Positions 40,546-53,576 of a stretch of 64,000 bases of DNA are shown here, piece after piece. The notes under the pieces are model-generated. The model was given only the letters and a program-made list of their open reading frames with translations. It ran no database searches and was not told where the DNA came from. The position numbers and the translations under genes were made by a program. Origin of the DNA: Chiloscyllium plagiosum (lineage: Eukaryota); assembly GCF_004010195.1 (NCBI RefSeq), contig NC_057719.1, forward strand, positions 63,174,478 to 63,238,477, in the 5' to 3' direction. Position 1 is the stretch's first letter; the number at the start of each line of letters is the position of its first letter.

Positions 40546-42300
40546 GAGATTGCTGACAGTGTTGATAGAATTCACACAGTATAGGTGTGGGAAATAGGGT
40601 TGAACCTAGGTAAGTGGGACCATAGGTAAGTATTTATGGATCGTGATACATATACTCACATAGATGCAAAAGGAAATGGGCACTGGAAACACTGGTCACT
40701 GCTGAAACATGTTGCTGATTAATTTTGCCTTGCAGAACTAATCCAACCTACCAGTAATGACTGGGATGGTTATTTGTTAATTTACAGAGTGTCATTTATC
40801 ATGTTGGTCCTTGCAAAACTGGTATTCATAGCAGAGCAGACAAGAAGTACCACCGAATTATGGAACTATACTACATCATGAGCAATGTGGAGTTTAACAC
40901 TTCATATTCAGGACACTGAACATAACATTAGGTGAGCAAGTAATCAAGCATTTAAAACATATGGATGAATGGAATTCTTTGGAGAGACTGGATTGTCTTT
41001 TAAGTTCCTAAACGTAACTAGACTAGTGTACATTAGATGACCGTACAAAATTGGCTTGTGTGAATGAGTGATAATAAAATCTTGTATGATGATGTGCACC
41101 ATGAGTTGGCCCCATAATCATAGACCTGTCTGACATTACCCTGACCCGATCGTGCTTGACCCTGCTTGAGCAGTATGCATAACCGTAATGAGTTAGTTAA
41201 TGTTAGAAGCAGCTCAGCTGAATGATGAAATATGGCCAGTGATCCAGGAGAAGGAACAGCCTAAAATGTAACCTGATAAATGATGTAGCTTCAATATTCA
41301 ATACAGGAAGCTAGATAGTTAATGCTGTTGATTTAGCTACAGTGGATGAAAAGATCCAAACCCTAAGTTCACAGCTTCAGGAGTTTTTTAGAAAGAAGCA
41401 AGGAACTCAAGGCATCCCGTTAGTCACAAATTGAGGCCTGACACAAATTGGTAAGAGCCTGGCCACTGTCCATGAGACTCATGTGGACACTGCCAATCAT
41501 AGAATCCCTATAGTGTGGAAGCAGCTCATTCAGCCTATCGATTCCATACCAGCCCTCCAAAGAGCATCCCACTCAGACCCATTCCCCTTACCGTATCCCT
41601 GTAACCGTACATTCCCCATGGCTAAGCCACCTCGCCTGCAATTCTTTGGACTATGGGAGGAAATCCTCACAGACACAGGGAGAATATGCAATTTCCACAC
41701 AGGCATTTGCCCAAGGCTGGAGTTGAACCTGGGTTCCAGGAGCTGTGAAGCAGCAGTACTAACCACTGAGATGACAGTGCTGGTTGAGACGAATAAACGC
41801 ATTTCAGGTCCAAGTAAGGATAAAATTCTCAATACCTATGGGTCACGAGTACTAGAATAAACATGGGAAAATCTGAGACAAATCTGAGGATATGTTTCCC
41901 TTGTGGAGAACAAATGCATATCTCTTTAATCTTTAGAGACACACTAATAAATTAACCAACTACCAGTTCAGGAGTTTAACACGTTTATATTGAATTGATG
42001 CTGAATGTTTAGTAGATAATTATATGCTACTGGGCATTGTTTCGTAATGTTTGTCATACATAAAACAACACCCAGCAGGATTTTATCTAATCTAGAAAAC
42101 AAAGGGCTAATTTGGGGAAATCATTATATACTGTATCAGAATATTTATTTACAATACTGAATTGTTATTTAACTATGTCATTCTGAGGTTTGCAATGTTT
42201 ACTTAAATACATGTTCGCTCCACGTTTCTATCATCTAATCAATGTGAAAATATGTCCTGACCTCAACATAATCCCCCAAGAACAGTCCTAAAATTGATTG
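40546..42300 (+). mobile_element. Degraded integrase C-terminus plus env-like ORF of an ERV or env-bearing LTR element, interrupted by an HE1 SINE
   Basis: EPR*VGP* and WKHWSLLK (GPY/F-type integrase end); splice acceptor at 40734-40735; hydrophobic leader; basic cleavage-like site followed by NLINDVASIFNTGS*IVNAVDLATVDEKIQTLSSQLQ. Confidence 0.55.
41497..41770 (-). mobile_element. HE1 SINE
   Basis: Minus strand ctcagtggttagtactgctgc head and HE1 tail. Confidence 0.88.
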
Positions 42301-42349
42301 CTTTGACATAGTATATACATGTTAACCATCATAATTCCTATTAGATTCC

Positions 42350-43040
42350 CAAAGGGAAATCTTCATGTAGAGGCAGAAAACATGGCCAAGGTGCTCAATA
42401 AGTATATGCATCTGTTACACTAAATAAAAGGAAGTCACAAACAGGATAATAATAGATGAAAGAAACATACAAAAGGGATTGACATTGCTAAAAGTTGGTA
42501 AGTCATCTGGCCCAAATAATATATATGCTACATTGCTGATAAAACCAAAGGTAGAAATAGTAGTAACATTGATCACCACCTTCTAATCCTTGTTGGGTGC
42601 ATGAATAGTGTAAGTGAACGGAAAGGTTACTAATGTTATACCAGTATTTAAGAAATGGAGGAGGAATAAACCAGGAATTCCAACATCAGTGGTGGGAAGT
42701 TACTATAAACCATTATGAAAGTCAAGATAAAATTTCATTTAGAAAGGCACAGTTTAATCAATGTGAGACAACATGATTTTTTTTAAAGATTTCTCTAATG
42801 TGATAGCAAAGTTACTTCTTGTATTTGTGGACTCTCAGGTGCTCAAAGTGTCCCACAGGAAATTGAGTCATTTTTAGAATATTGCATACAATTCTGGTTG
42901 CCCTTCTATAGGAAGGATATTGTTAAATTTTAGAGGATGCTGAAAAGATTTACAAGGATGTTGCTAGAAGTGGAGGGTTTGAGTTATAGGGAGAGGCTGA
43001 ATAGGCTGGAGCTGTTTTTTCCCTGAAGTGTCAGAGGCTG
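42350..43040 (+). mobile_element. CR1 ORF2 relics
   Basis: Degenerate KSSGPN and NVIPVFKK; ERLNRLELF. Confidence 0.7.
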
Positions 43041-43179
43041 AGTGAGCCTTTTTCAACTTGATTTGTCATAGGAGCCACTAACAGAGCAAACATCTGATAA
43101 AATACATTCATGCCAATATATTTCAGAATTTCACTTTGTGTTTTAATACAAAAATATCAAATAGTCCTTATGTTAATTT

Positions 43180-44000
43180 TTAGATGATATTTAGCTTTGT
43201 CCTACAGCGTGTCTCAAATAAGTCACTTATTCTTTGGCAAATGCCTTCCAGCCAGATTTACGACTAGGTAAGGTTTTTGTACTAATCAAACAGTTTAGTC
43301 AAGTGGTGCAAATGTATTTCCTAGTTTTGCTGAACACAACCAAGTCATTGATATAGCTAACATTCTTCACTTATAGTACTTCAGTGACATTGTCAATTAT
43401 TCTTTCTCACTCGAAAGATGCTGGTGCATTTTCATTCCAAATGGTATGGCTTTGCACTTAGAATTCTATCTGGTGTTACAAAAGCTGAAATTCCAACAGT
43501 TCTATCAGTCAATGGAACTTGCCAATATCCCTTTACTTAGTCAGTCTTGGGGACAAATTATGCATGTACAATTCTTTGAATGTGTTCCTCCTATTTTGGG
43601 ACAAGAGACAACTCTATGTTTGTCACCACATTAATTTGTGATAATTGCTACAGAATCATTTTGTCACTGGTTTGAGCACCATCATACTACGAGCTATTAT
43701 GACTAGGTTCAGTTATGTTATTGTCCAAAATGAATGGAATCACTTCATTCACTTGAGCTAACGTCTAGTGATTGAGTCTGCAAGGATGATTTTTTTTGGG
43801 TAATACATCCCCTACGTTAACATCATGTACAGCCAAATACATTTTTCCTGACCTACTCACACAGATCAAATAATGTATATGATAACCTTTCTAAGTCACT
43901 TCAAGAGTTTGCTGGACTATTATGCTGTAACTTTTTAAAAATTTCATGTTGTCCAATCTGAGTGTTGACAGATCAAATCTTGAATTATCAGTTTCCAATT
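43180..44000 (-). mobile_element. Gypsy reverse transcriptase relic
   Basis: Minus strand HDVNVGD, GYWQVPLT...ISAFVTP, PFGM(K)NAPASF, YIND (YIDD) LVVFS and VTYL.HAVG. Confidence 0.85.
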
Positions 44001-44154
44001 CATGCACCAATTGTTCTGTTACTTTTTATTTCATTCCCTATTCCCTATTCTTTCACTACCATAAATATACTTCTTTGTTGACTATCCTCCTGATATAATA
44101 ACCCTTTAAAACACTCGTTGATTTTTCCTCATGTCTGGAGTATTCAATTATATA

Positions 44155-44410
44155 GAGTAATGTAGCATGGAAACAGATCCTTCAGTCCACTCATTCATGC
44201 CAATGTTTTCCAAACCAAACGTGCCTGCATTTGGCCCATACAACTTGTGTACCTGTCCAAAATTCTTTTAAATGTTGTAACTGTAACTGCATCTATCACT
44301 TCCTCTGACAGCTCATTCCACATGGGAACCACCTTCTGCATGAAAAAGTTATCTTTCACATTAAAAATATGTCCCTTCAATTTTAAACTCTCCTACCCCT
44401 GGGGAAAGAC
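44155..44410 (-). mobile_element. CR1 3' end fragment
   Basis: WNELSEEVIDAVTVTTFKR. Confidence 0.8.
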
Positions 44411-45064
44411 ATATCCCTCAGTTGTCAGCACAACATATTATTGGAGCTGGTCTTGATTTGTCTTATTCACAGTGATAGTCTTTTGGTGAGCCTCTGATAT
44501 AGATATTATCTTTTAGTACTGGAAGTAAAAATGTGTGTTTTTATGTCATGCATTCTGTGCACTGTCACGTTACATTGAAACAATGGTTATGGAATTACTT
44601 GCACTTACAAGCATTTCTCACCTTATGTAACAACAGTGATACAGGCCAAGATTGTTTAAAGTGATCAAGTGTGTATTAGAGTGGTAGCTTAGCTGTATAA
44701 CTTTAATTACCTGCCATATGGACCAATTGACAGTTTGAACGTACAAATTCATAACTACAGTTCTGACACTTTCAAGTGCTTTTGGACTTATAATCCAAAC
44801 GTTAGGCGCAAAAATCATGTAAGTTTGTTTCTGTGATTTGACACAAAGCCACGCATTAAACATAACGGCAGCAATAAAAAAAATCTCCATGGTAACAGAA
44901 CAGAAGAATGCCATCGGGGAAATCCCAACATGAAAGCAGGGAGATGGTAACAAATGTTAAGCTTCACATCTTAGAAAATGAATGTTCTGATCACAAAATC
45001 CAGTAATTCCACATGCCATTGATTTTATACGACAATGAGGTGAACGATTGTCCAATTCTTTTTC

Positions 45065-46350
45065 ATTTGCACATTCTCCCCGTGTCTGCGTGGGTTTCCT
45101 CCGGGCGCTCCGGTTTCCTCCCACTGTCCAAAGGTGTGCAGGTTAGGTGAATTGGCCTTGCTAAATTGCCCATAGTGGTAGGTGAAGGGGTAAATGTTGG
45201 GGAATGGGTTTGGGTGGGTTGCTCTTTGGAGGGTCGGTGTGGACTTGTTGGAGCGAAGGGCCTGTTTCCACACTAAGTAATCTAATCTAATCTAATCTAA
45301 TCAAAATATCAGATGGCCACCTTTTGCCACACCTAAACCTACAGAGAGTGATCTATTATGAGTGGGATTAGTTCCTCAGGTGATCTTAAAAATAAATGGC
45401 TAACATTAACAACTAACGCTTTCACGTCACAGAACAGAGAATGAGACAAAACAATAATCTTTAATCTCAGTAAGCCTATTTTTAGAGTGAATTTGTTCAG
45501 TTATTTCTGTGAGGGTTTGAAAACTCTGAATATTCTCCCCTAGATTGTGTTCCAACCCGAACCATGGCGAGGTTTAAACCCACTCCAAAAGTTTCAGGGA
45601 AAGATTATTTATGGGTGACACAGTGGCGCAGTGGTTAGCACTGCTGCCTCACAACACCAAGGACCAGGGTTCGATTCCAACCTCGGGTGACTGTCTGTGT
45701 GGAGCTTACACATTCTCCCTGTGTCTGTGTGGGTTTCCTCCCACAATCCAAAGATGTGCAGGTTAGGTGAATTGGCCATGATTAATTGCCCACAGTGTTT
45801 GGTGCATTAGTCAGGGGTAAATATAGGATAGGGGAATGGATCTGAGTGGGTTATTCTTCGGAGGGTCGGTGTGGACTTGTTGAGCTGAATGGCCTGTTTC
45901 CACACTGTAGGGAATCTAATTTAATCATCAAGGCTGACAGTCCAGTGCACAATCAGAGGTGCTGCCCTTCATCAAGTCATAGAGGCATACATAACAGAAA
46001 CAGAACTTTGAATCAAACTACGGGCGGCATGGTGGCTCAGTGGTCAGCACTGCTGCCTCACAGCACCAGGGTCCCAGGTTCGATTCCAGCCCCGGGTGAC
46101 TGTCTGTGCGGGGTTTGCACATTCTCCCCGTGTCTGTGTGGGTTTCCTCCGGGTGCTCTGGTTTTCTCCCACAGTCCAAAGATGTGCAGGCCAGGTGAAT
46201 TGGCCATGCTAAATTGCCCGTAGTGTTAGGTGCATTAGTTAGGGGTAAATATAGGGTAATGGCTCTGGGTGGGGTTGCTCTTCGGAGGGTCGGTGTGGAC
46301 TTGCTGGGCTGAAGGGCCTGTTTCCACATTGTAGGGAATCTAATTTAATC
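45065..46350 (+). mobile_element. Three HE1 SINEs (45065-45302 5'-truncated, 45613-45925, 46025-46350)
   Basis: A/B boxes, gtgggtttcctccggg V-domain and (TCTAA)n tails. Confidence 0.93.
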
Positions 46351-46770
46351 TAGTCCATGCCAACCAAGTTTCCCAAACTAAACTAGTCCCATTTGTCTGT
46401 GTTGTTCCATATCCTTCTGATCATTTCCTGTTCATGTGCCTGTCCAAATGTCTTTTAAATGTTGTAACTGTATCCGCATCTCTCTCTTCCTCTGGCTGTT
46501 GACTAGGCGAGCTTTTAAACCTGTCAGGCTACCTTAAGTGGACGTAAATGATCCCATGCCATTGTTTTGAAGAACAAATAGGACATCCACATTGTCTTGG
46601 CCAATGTTCATCCATCAGTGAGCAAAAGTTAGTTCTTTGGTAACTATCACATTGCTGTATATTAGAACTTATTATTTGCCAATTGGCTGTCACATTCCCC
46701 ACATTACAATTTTGAATACTGTCATATTGGTTACAAAATAATTTGCAAAGTCATGAGCTTATGAAAGGCT
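45545..46770 (+). mobile_element. Deu-domain SINE fragmented by HE1 and CR1 insertions
   Basis: Colinear pieces: cccactcca (about 45580), aggctgaca.tccagtgca (45931) and gtggacgtaaa.gatcccatg (46538) through the tail (46770). Confidence 0.7.
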
Positions 46771-46771
46771 G

Positions 46772-47780
46772 AAAGAACTGCGGATGCTGTAAATCAGAAA
46801 CAAAAACAGAAGTTGCTGGAAAAGCTCAGCAGGTCTGGCAGCATCTGCGAGGAGAAACCAGAGTTAATGTTTCGGGTCCGGTGACCCTTCCTCATAAATG
46901 GTGGTAGCTAGGAAAATGGGGTGGTGCAGGGAGTAGGAAGTAGATGGTATGTGGGCATAGAGAGAGAAGAATAGTTGGACAGACAAAGGAGTTGATAACG
47001 ACCTGGGTAGGAGGGTGAATAGCTGTTAATGGAGACTGTTAGTGGTTAACAATGGGCTGTGTGTAATGACAGGCAGTGTGATAAAAAGGCCTGATGTGTG
47101 AGAGGCTGGGGGCTGGGGCATGGAAGAGTTCAGGTCCTAAAATAATTGAACTTAATATTGACTCCAGAGGGCTGCATGGTCCCCAAGCAGAAAATAAGGT
47201 GCTGTTCTTCCAGTTTGTGTTGAGGATCACTCGAGTGCTGCAGCAAGCCTGAGTGGATGTTGGCCAGGAAACAGGGTGGTGTGTGGAAGTGACAGGCAAC
47301 TGGGAGCCCGGAGATTTTTTTGCAGACAGAACATAGATGTTCCGCAAAGCAGTCACCCAGTCTACACTTCATTTCCCCAATGTAGAGGAGACCACATTGT
47401 GAGCAGCGAATGTAGTCAACCAGATTGTGTGAAGTGCAGGTAAAGTGCTGATTTACCTGGAAAATATGTTTGGGCCCTTGGATACCGAGGAGGGAGGAGG
47501 TAAATAGGCAAGTGTTCCACCTTTGGCGGTTGCAGGGGGAGGAGCCATGTAACTGTGGGTCCAGGGTATCCCTGAGGGAGCATTCCCTGCGGAAGGTTGA
47601 CAAGGAAGGGGACGGGGATATGTCGCTGGAGATGGCAACTGATGATCTTCTGGGTGTGGATGCTGGTGGGATGGTAGGTTAGGACAATGGGGATCCTTAT
47701 CCCTGTTGCAGGAGGGAAGAGAGGGATGAAGGCAGAAGTGCAAGAGATGGATTGGACCCGGTTGATGGCCCTGTCATCAC
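46772..47780 (-). mobile_element. Penelope-like element 3' portion (GIY-YIG)
   Basis: ORF 47130-47603 YIRCSQCGLLYIGEMKCRLGDCFAEHL...EEQHLIFCLG. Confidence 0.88.
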
Positions 47781-47784
47781 TGAA

Positions 47785-50030
47785 CCCCGAATCCCCAACT
47801 CCATGCCCAAAACTCAACACTCCGACTTACCGGCCCTCAGGAGGCTCTGAACCAGAACCTTACCCAGGGTTACTGGACACCTTGCCAGCCCCTATCCTAC
47901 AATGGCTGGGACGGGGTGGGGCAGGGCGCAGTGTTTCAGTTTGTGAAAGTCTATGCTTCCACAGTGAGACCGAAGCAAACGCACTTCTACAGAGAAGTGT
48001 CCACTCATCTCGCCTCCATCAACGAAGGCCAGTACGTTGCCCTTGGGGGATTTTAACTACATCTTCGAGGACAGGGACCAGGGTGGTGCCCAGTCTGGTT
48101 TGGCATCGGGGAGGAGGTTGAGGGACTTGATCGAGTCCTTTGACCTGGCGGCCGTCTCCATCCTGACACCATCGCCTTCACCTTCATGAGGCCTGGAGTC
48201 AGAGTGTCCAGAATCGACAGCCTGTATGTTTCACGGGCATACGCCTCCTGTCTTCCAGCGGCCTCCATGCAGCAGGTGCAGTGCATGACCCGTCACCTGG
48301 CTGTGGGCGGAACTCCTTCCATTTGGAGCCCAGCTCGGATCTGGGTTTCATCAGTTCTGGACCAGCAAGTGAAGGGAGCAGGTTGGGGGAGGGGCTTCCC
48401 CTCACTGAAGCTCTGGTGTAATGTGAGCAAGACTCACATCCGTGCCTTCTATCAGGAGTATGCGAGGGGGCCGACAAAGAGGTGGAAATCCAAGATTGAG
48501 CAGTTGGAGAAGGAGGTGCTCGATCTGGAGTCATGTCTCGTTCAGCCTGATGTGTACCCGGCCCTGCAGGGTGTGTCCGAAGAGAAGAAGGCCGCGCTCC
48601 GAGACCTGCAGCTCGTCAGGTCCTGGGGCGCATACATAAGGTCACTAATCCGGCTCTTCCAGGACCTGGACCTATATTGTCTATACCTTACATATGCGTC
48701 CTTCTTTTTCTTAACCAAACCCTCAAGGATCGGTGGTGGGTCCTCTACTTTTTGTCACTTACATAAATTATTTGGATGCGAGCATAAGAGGTACAGTTAG
48801 TAACTTTGCAGATGACACTAAAATTGGAGGTGTAGTGGACAGTGAAGAGGGTTTACTCAGATTACAACAGGATCTGGACCAGATGGGCCAATGGGCCAAG
48901 AAATGGCAGATGGAGTTTAATTCAGATAAATGCGAGGTGCTGCATTTTGGGAAAGCAATCTTAGCAGGACTTATAAACTTAATGGTAAGGTCCTAGGGAG
49001 TGTTGCTGAACAAAAAGACCTTGGAGTGCAGGTTCATAACTCCTTGAAAATGGAGTCACAGGTAAATAGGATAGTAAAGAAGGCATTTGGTATGCTTTCC
49101 TTTATTGGTCAGAGTATCGAGTACAAGAGTTGAGAGGTCATGTTGCGGCTGTACAGGACATTGGTTAGGCCACTGTTGGAATATTGCGTGCAATTCTGGT
49201 CTCCTTCCTATCGGAAAGATGTTGTGAAACTTGGAAGGGTTCAGAGAAGACTTACAAGGATGTTGCCAGGGTTGGAGGATTTGATCTATAGGGAGAGGCT
49301 GAACAGGCTGGAGCTGTTTTCCCTGGAGCGTTGGAGGCTGAGGGGTGACCTTATAGAGGTTTACAAAATTATGAGGGGCATGGATAGCGTAAACTTTCAA
49401 AGTCTTTTCCCTGGGGTCGGGGAGTCCAGAACTGGAGGGCATAGGTTTAGGGTGAGAGGGGAAAGATATTAAAAAGACTTAGGGGCAACTTTTTCACACA
49501 GAGAATGGTACGGGTATGGATGAGCTGCCAGAGGAAGTGGTGGAGGCTGGTACAATTGCAACATTTAAAAGGCATCATGGAGGGGGAATGGTAGGTCAGA
49601 GGACCTCCTCATGGGTCTGCTCCAGGGCCTGGCCAAACTGGCCATAAACAGGTCCAGGCCGTGGAGGGGGTCGTTCGGGCTAATTGACTGCCCCTCTTCA
49701 GTGGTTACATTCAAGCCTGGGCGTCCCTGGAGAAGGAGCACACAGAGTCCACCAACACTCTTGATGTCTTCTGAGAGAGGTGGGCGCTGTGGGAAATGGA
49801 ATGTTTTATTTCCCCCTCCAACTCTATTTTGATTTAACCCCTACGCTCCCCCTTCACTTTTTCTTTCCCACGGGCATTACCTGTATGTTGCTCTGCTTGT
49901 CATCATTCCCTTGGCCACATGGGTGTTTTTCCTGGTGGTGGAATATTAATACAGTTATTTACACTTGGTGTTTTCACCGTGTCTTATACCTGCACATGCA
50001 CAACATGGGTGCTAAGGAAAATAAGAACTA
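47785..50030 (+). mobile_element. Tx1-like (L1 clade) LINE relic, internally deleted and interrupted by a CR1
   Basis: APE motifs LGDFNYI...DR and SRIDSLYVS; C-terminal DLLMGLLQGLAKLAINRSR at about 49600. Confidence 0.75.
48672..49576 (+). mobile_element. CR1 RT fragment with a short inverted 5' piece (48672-48726)
   Basis: GPLLFV...FADDTKIGG...LEYCVQFWSP on plus; 48672-48726 matches the minus-strand CR1 sequence at about 15145-15197. Confidence 0.9.
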
Positions 50031-50084
50031 CTGCTTGAGCCTGCCAATCCAGTCATTGAGTATGTTCAAGAAAGAGATTTCCTG

Positions 50085-50250
50085 ATGTACGGCAGTGATG
50101 TAGGGGTGTAAGAAAAGTCCAACCAGAGGATTTAGGATCTCCTCAGTTCAGGGACTGAATTCTGAGCTGGCTGGCCACAGCCAGTGTATTGTGCACAAAT
50201 AAATAAAGGTGACTTGGTTCTGGGATATCGGTCTCTGTGTGGTTATTTCA
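50085..50250 (+). mobile_element. LTR 3'-end fragment
   Basis: AATAAA followed by ggtgacttgg...gggata.cgg.ctctgtg..gttatttCA. Confidence 0.5.
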
Positions 50251-50254
50251 AGGG

Positions 50255-51598
50255 GAAAGAGAGTTACAAGCTATATTATAGCCTGGAGGGATGTCTTAGT
50301 ACAATTAGTCAGGGCCTTGGTGAGACTGCATCTGGAGTATTGTGTGCAGTTTTAGTCTTCTGACTCAAGAGAGGATATACTTTCTCTGCAAGGAGTGCAG
50401 TGAAGATTGACCAGGCAAATACCAGGGGTGTGAGGACTGTCCTATAAGAGAATGGTTCAACTGAGCATGTATTTATGGATTCAGAGGAATGAAAGGGAAT
50501 TTGATTCAAACGCATAAAATCATAACAGGGCTGGACAAGCTAGATGCAGTGAGGTGTTTTCCCTGTTTAGGCAGTCTAGAACCAGAGGTCACGGTCTCTG
50601 GATATAGGTAGGCCATTTCAGACAGAGCTGCGGAACGTTTCTTCACTCAGAGTGTGGTCAACCATCAGGATTCACTAACCCAGAAGACTATGGAGTCCAG
50701 GTCACTGTTGTCAATGAGCTGAGGAGTGGCAGATGGAGTTTAATTCAGATAAATGTGAAGTGCTGCATTTTGGAAAAGTAAATCAGAGTAAGACTTGTAC
50801 GCTTAATGCTAAGGTCGTGAGGAGTGTTGCTGAACAAAGAAACCTTGGAGTGCAGGTTCATAGTTCCTTGAAAATAGAGTCGCAGGTAGATAGGGTAGTG
50901 AAGAAGGCGTTTGGTATGCTTTCCTTTATTGGTCAGAGCATTGAGGTTGGGAGGTCATTTTGCGGCTGTACAGAACATTAGTTAGGCCACTTTTGAAATA
51001 TTGCGTGCAATTCTGGTTTCCTAACTATTGGAAGGATGTTGTGAAACTTGAAAGGGTTCAGAAAAGATTTACAAGGATGTTGCCAAGGGTTGGAGGATTT
51101 GAGCTATAGGGAGAGGTTGAATAGGCTGGAGCTGTTTTCCCTGGAGCGTCGGAAGCCAAAGGGTGACCTTGTAGAGGTTTATAAAATCATGAGGGTCATT
51201 GATAGGATAAATAGCCAAATTTTTTCCGTGGGTTGGGGGAGTCCAGAAGCAGAGGGCATAGGGTTAGGTTGAGTGGGGAAATATATAAAAGGGATCTAAG
51301 GGGCAACCTGTTCATGCAGAGGGTGGTACGTGTATGAAGTGAGCTGCTCGAGGAAGTGGTGGAGGCTGGTACAAATGCAGCATTTAAAAGCATCGGGAAG
51401 GGTACGAATAGGAAGGGTTTAGAGGGATATAGGCCAAGTGCTGGCAAATGGGACTAGATTAGGTCAGGATATCTGGTTGGTATGGACGAGTTGGGCCATA
51501 AGGTCTGTTTCCCTGCTGTGCATTTCAATGATGACATAGAACATAGAACATAGAACGTTACAGCACAGTTGGTCCTCGATGATCTCTATGACTCTATG
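50255..51598 (+). mobile_element. Two tandem CR1 3' fragments (50255-50705, 50715-51598)
   Basis: HLEYCVQF, MEFNSDKCEVLHFG and 3' UTR. Confidence 0.9.
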
Positions 51599-53576
51599 GC
51601 TTGATGGTGGGTTTGGTGGGATGTGAGAAAATGATCTGAGTTAAGTGATATTAATTAACAAGTTTATTGGTCATAATATATAGTAGTGATGAATATATTA
51701 AGTGGTAAACTAATGTATTGAGGTAAACGTATGTATGTACATTAAGAGTAAATATGTGTATTTATAGCAGTAAATGTATATGAAGCAGTAACCTCCTTTA
51801 GATATATTAGGAACACATGCAAACCAAACTGTCCTGAAACTACTTTAGATATGTTCAACAAGTCTCACGGCCTCCTGTCTGTCAGGGATCCTGCGTTACA
51901 ATGGCTAATCTAGAGAACCCAGTGTTCCTGGCACCATTTGCAATCTTGATCCAAGATGAACCGCCTTGAATAAGGCAAAGTCCCTGATATTTATGCTACT
52001 CTGAATCTAAAATAACGTGCGACATCGTCAGTCTTTGCTATTTTCAGTATTCTCCCAGGCATTCCATTCTACAGAGAAATGGCTCTGTGTAGCAGCTCTT
52101 CCCACTGATACGTTGGTCCCGCATGATTACTTTTCAGTCAAAACAGACTGTTTTTGCTTTGGGCATCTTTTCCAGCATTGTTTCACTTTATTTCAGTTGC
52201 TCATTGTCAGGTCAAATTAACCCTTAATGGTCTGGTTTGAAGATGTCATTTGTTAAGCCTACCACTACAGTCACTGAATATGTTCAAGAAAGAGATTTGA
52301 TAAATTTTTAGATATTCAAGGCATCAAGGGGCATAGAGACAAAGATATGGTGGTGTGATAGAGGATTAGCCATGATCATATTGTATGGCAGAGGAGGGCC
52401 GAATGGCCTACTCCTGCTACGAGTTTCTATGTTTCACTGAGGAGCAGAAAATCCAGTAATTTTGAAGACATATCTTGAATCCATTGTTGATGTGACCTAT
52501 AGAGTCAAAGAGCCATAGAGATGCACAGCATGGAAACAACCCGTCCATGCCGACTGATCAATATGTAGGCCGGGTTCAAGGGGAGAAGGAAAATGTTCAT
52601 CAGTATATAACAACAGAAATACATCTGGCTGGATCGGTGATTTTGGACAAGTGAAAGATGATCTCATGTGAGATAGGTAAAAGAGATCTCACCATGAGAA
52701 CACCAGCTGAGAGAGGAGAAACTTATTCTGGCATGTGCAGAATCTCTAAGGATATCAACTATACATTGGAGCGAATTCATGGGTGAATATAAGGTCAAAG
52801 CCAGAGTACAGAATGTAAACATTGTGGAGGATACCGTACAAAAGAAAAGGAAGCATTTCCAACTTGGGGAAAAGTGTTTTCAAACTGCAAGAAACTGAAT
52901 CACTTTTTTCTTATTCACTCATGGGACATGGGTGTCGCTGGCTGGCCAGCACTTATGGCCCATCCCCAGCAGAGTGGCTGGTTAGGTTTTCAGAGGGTAG
53001 TTGAGAGGCAACCACATTGCTGTGGGCCTGGTAGGCCAGACCAGGTGAGGATGGTGTATTTCCTTCCCTGAAGGACATGAGTGAACCAGGTGGCTTTTTC
53101 TGACAATCGCGATGGTTTCATGATGATTAATAGATTCTCAATTCAAGAATTTTCTTGAATTGAATTCAAATTTCACAATCTGCCCTGGCAGGCTTTGACC
53201 CCACACAGATTCGGACACTTTGCAAGTAAGCATTAGGCTGGAAAGAAGCAAAACAAACCCTAAAGATGGGGGTTACTGGATAAGTAGTAGACAACGAGTC
53301 TGATGACCTACTTTAGACCATCAGACAGTTAGTTTCGTCGGGTGGTTTATGCCTGTTGGAATGAGGACTGCAGAAGAGGAGCAAAAAGTGACTATGAAAC
53401 TCTGCTGGGACTTATAGTTTAAAATTGCTTATTTAGTGCTGACTTCACTCAGATCATTTCCCTGATCACTGAGATCAAGTAAGTCAATTCCACAAACATG
53501 CAGAGCAGATTCTTATCGAGGCTGGAGCAACGTAAGATTTGTGCCAGAATCATGCGAGAAGGCTTTCTCAACGTCA

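Noticed and set aside
25787..46350. tRNA-like A/B boxes
   Set aside because: These are SINE heads continuing into HE1 bodies, not complete tRNA genes.
48186..48800. 204-aa ORF as a host gene
   Set aside because: Chimera of Tx1-like ORF2 and CR1 sequence.
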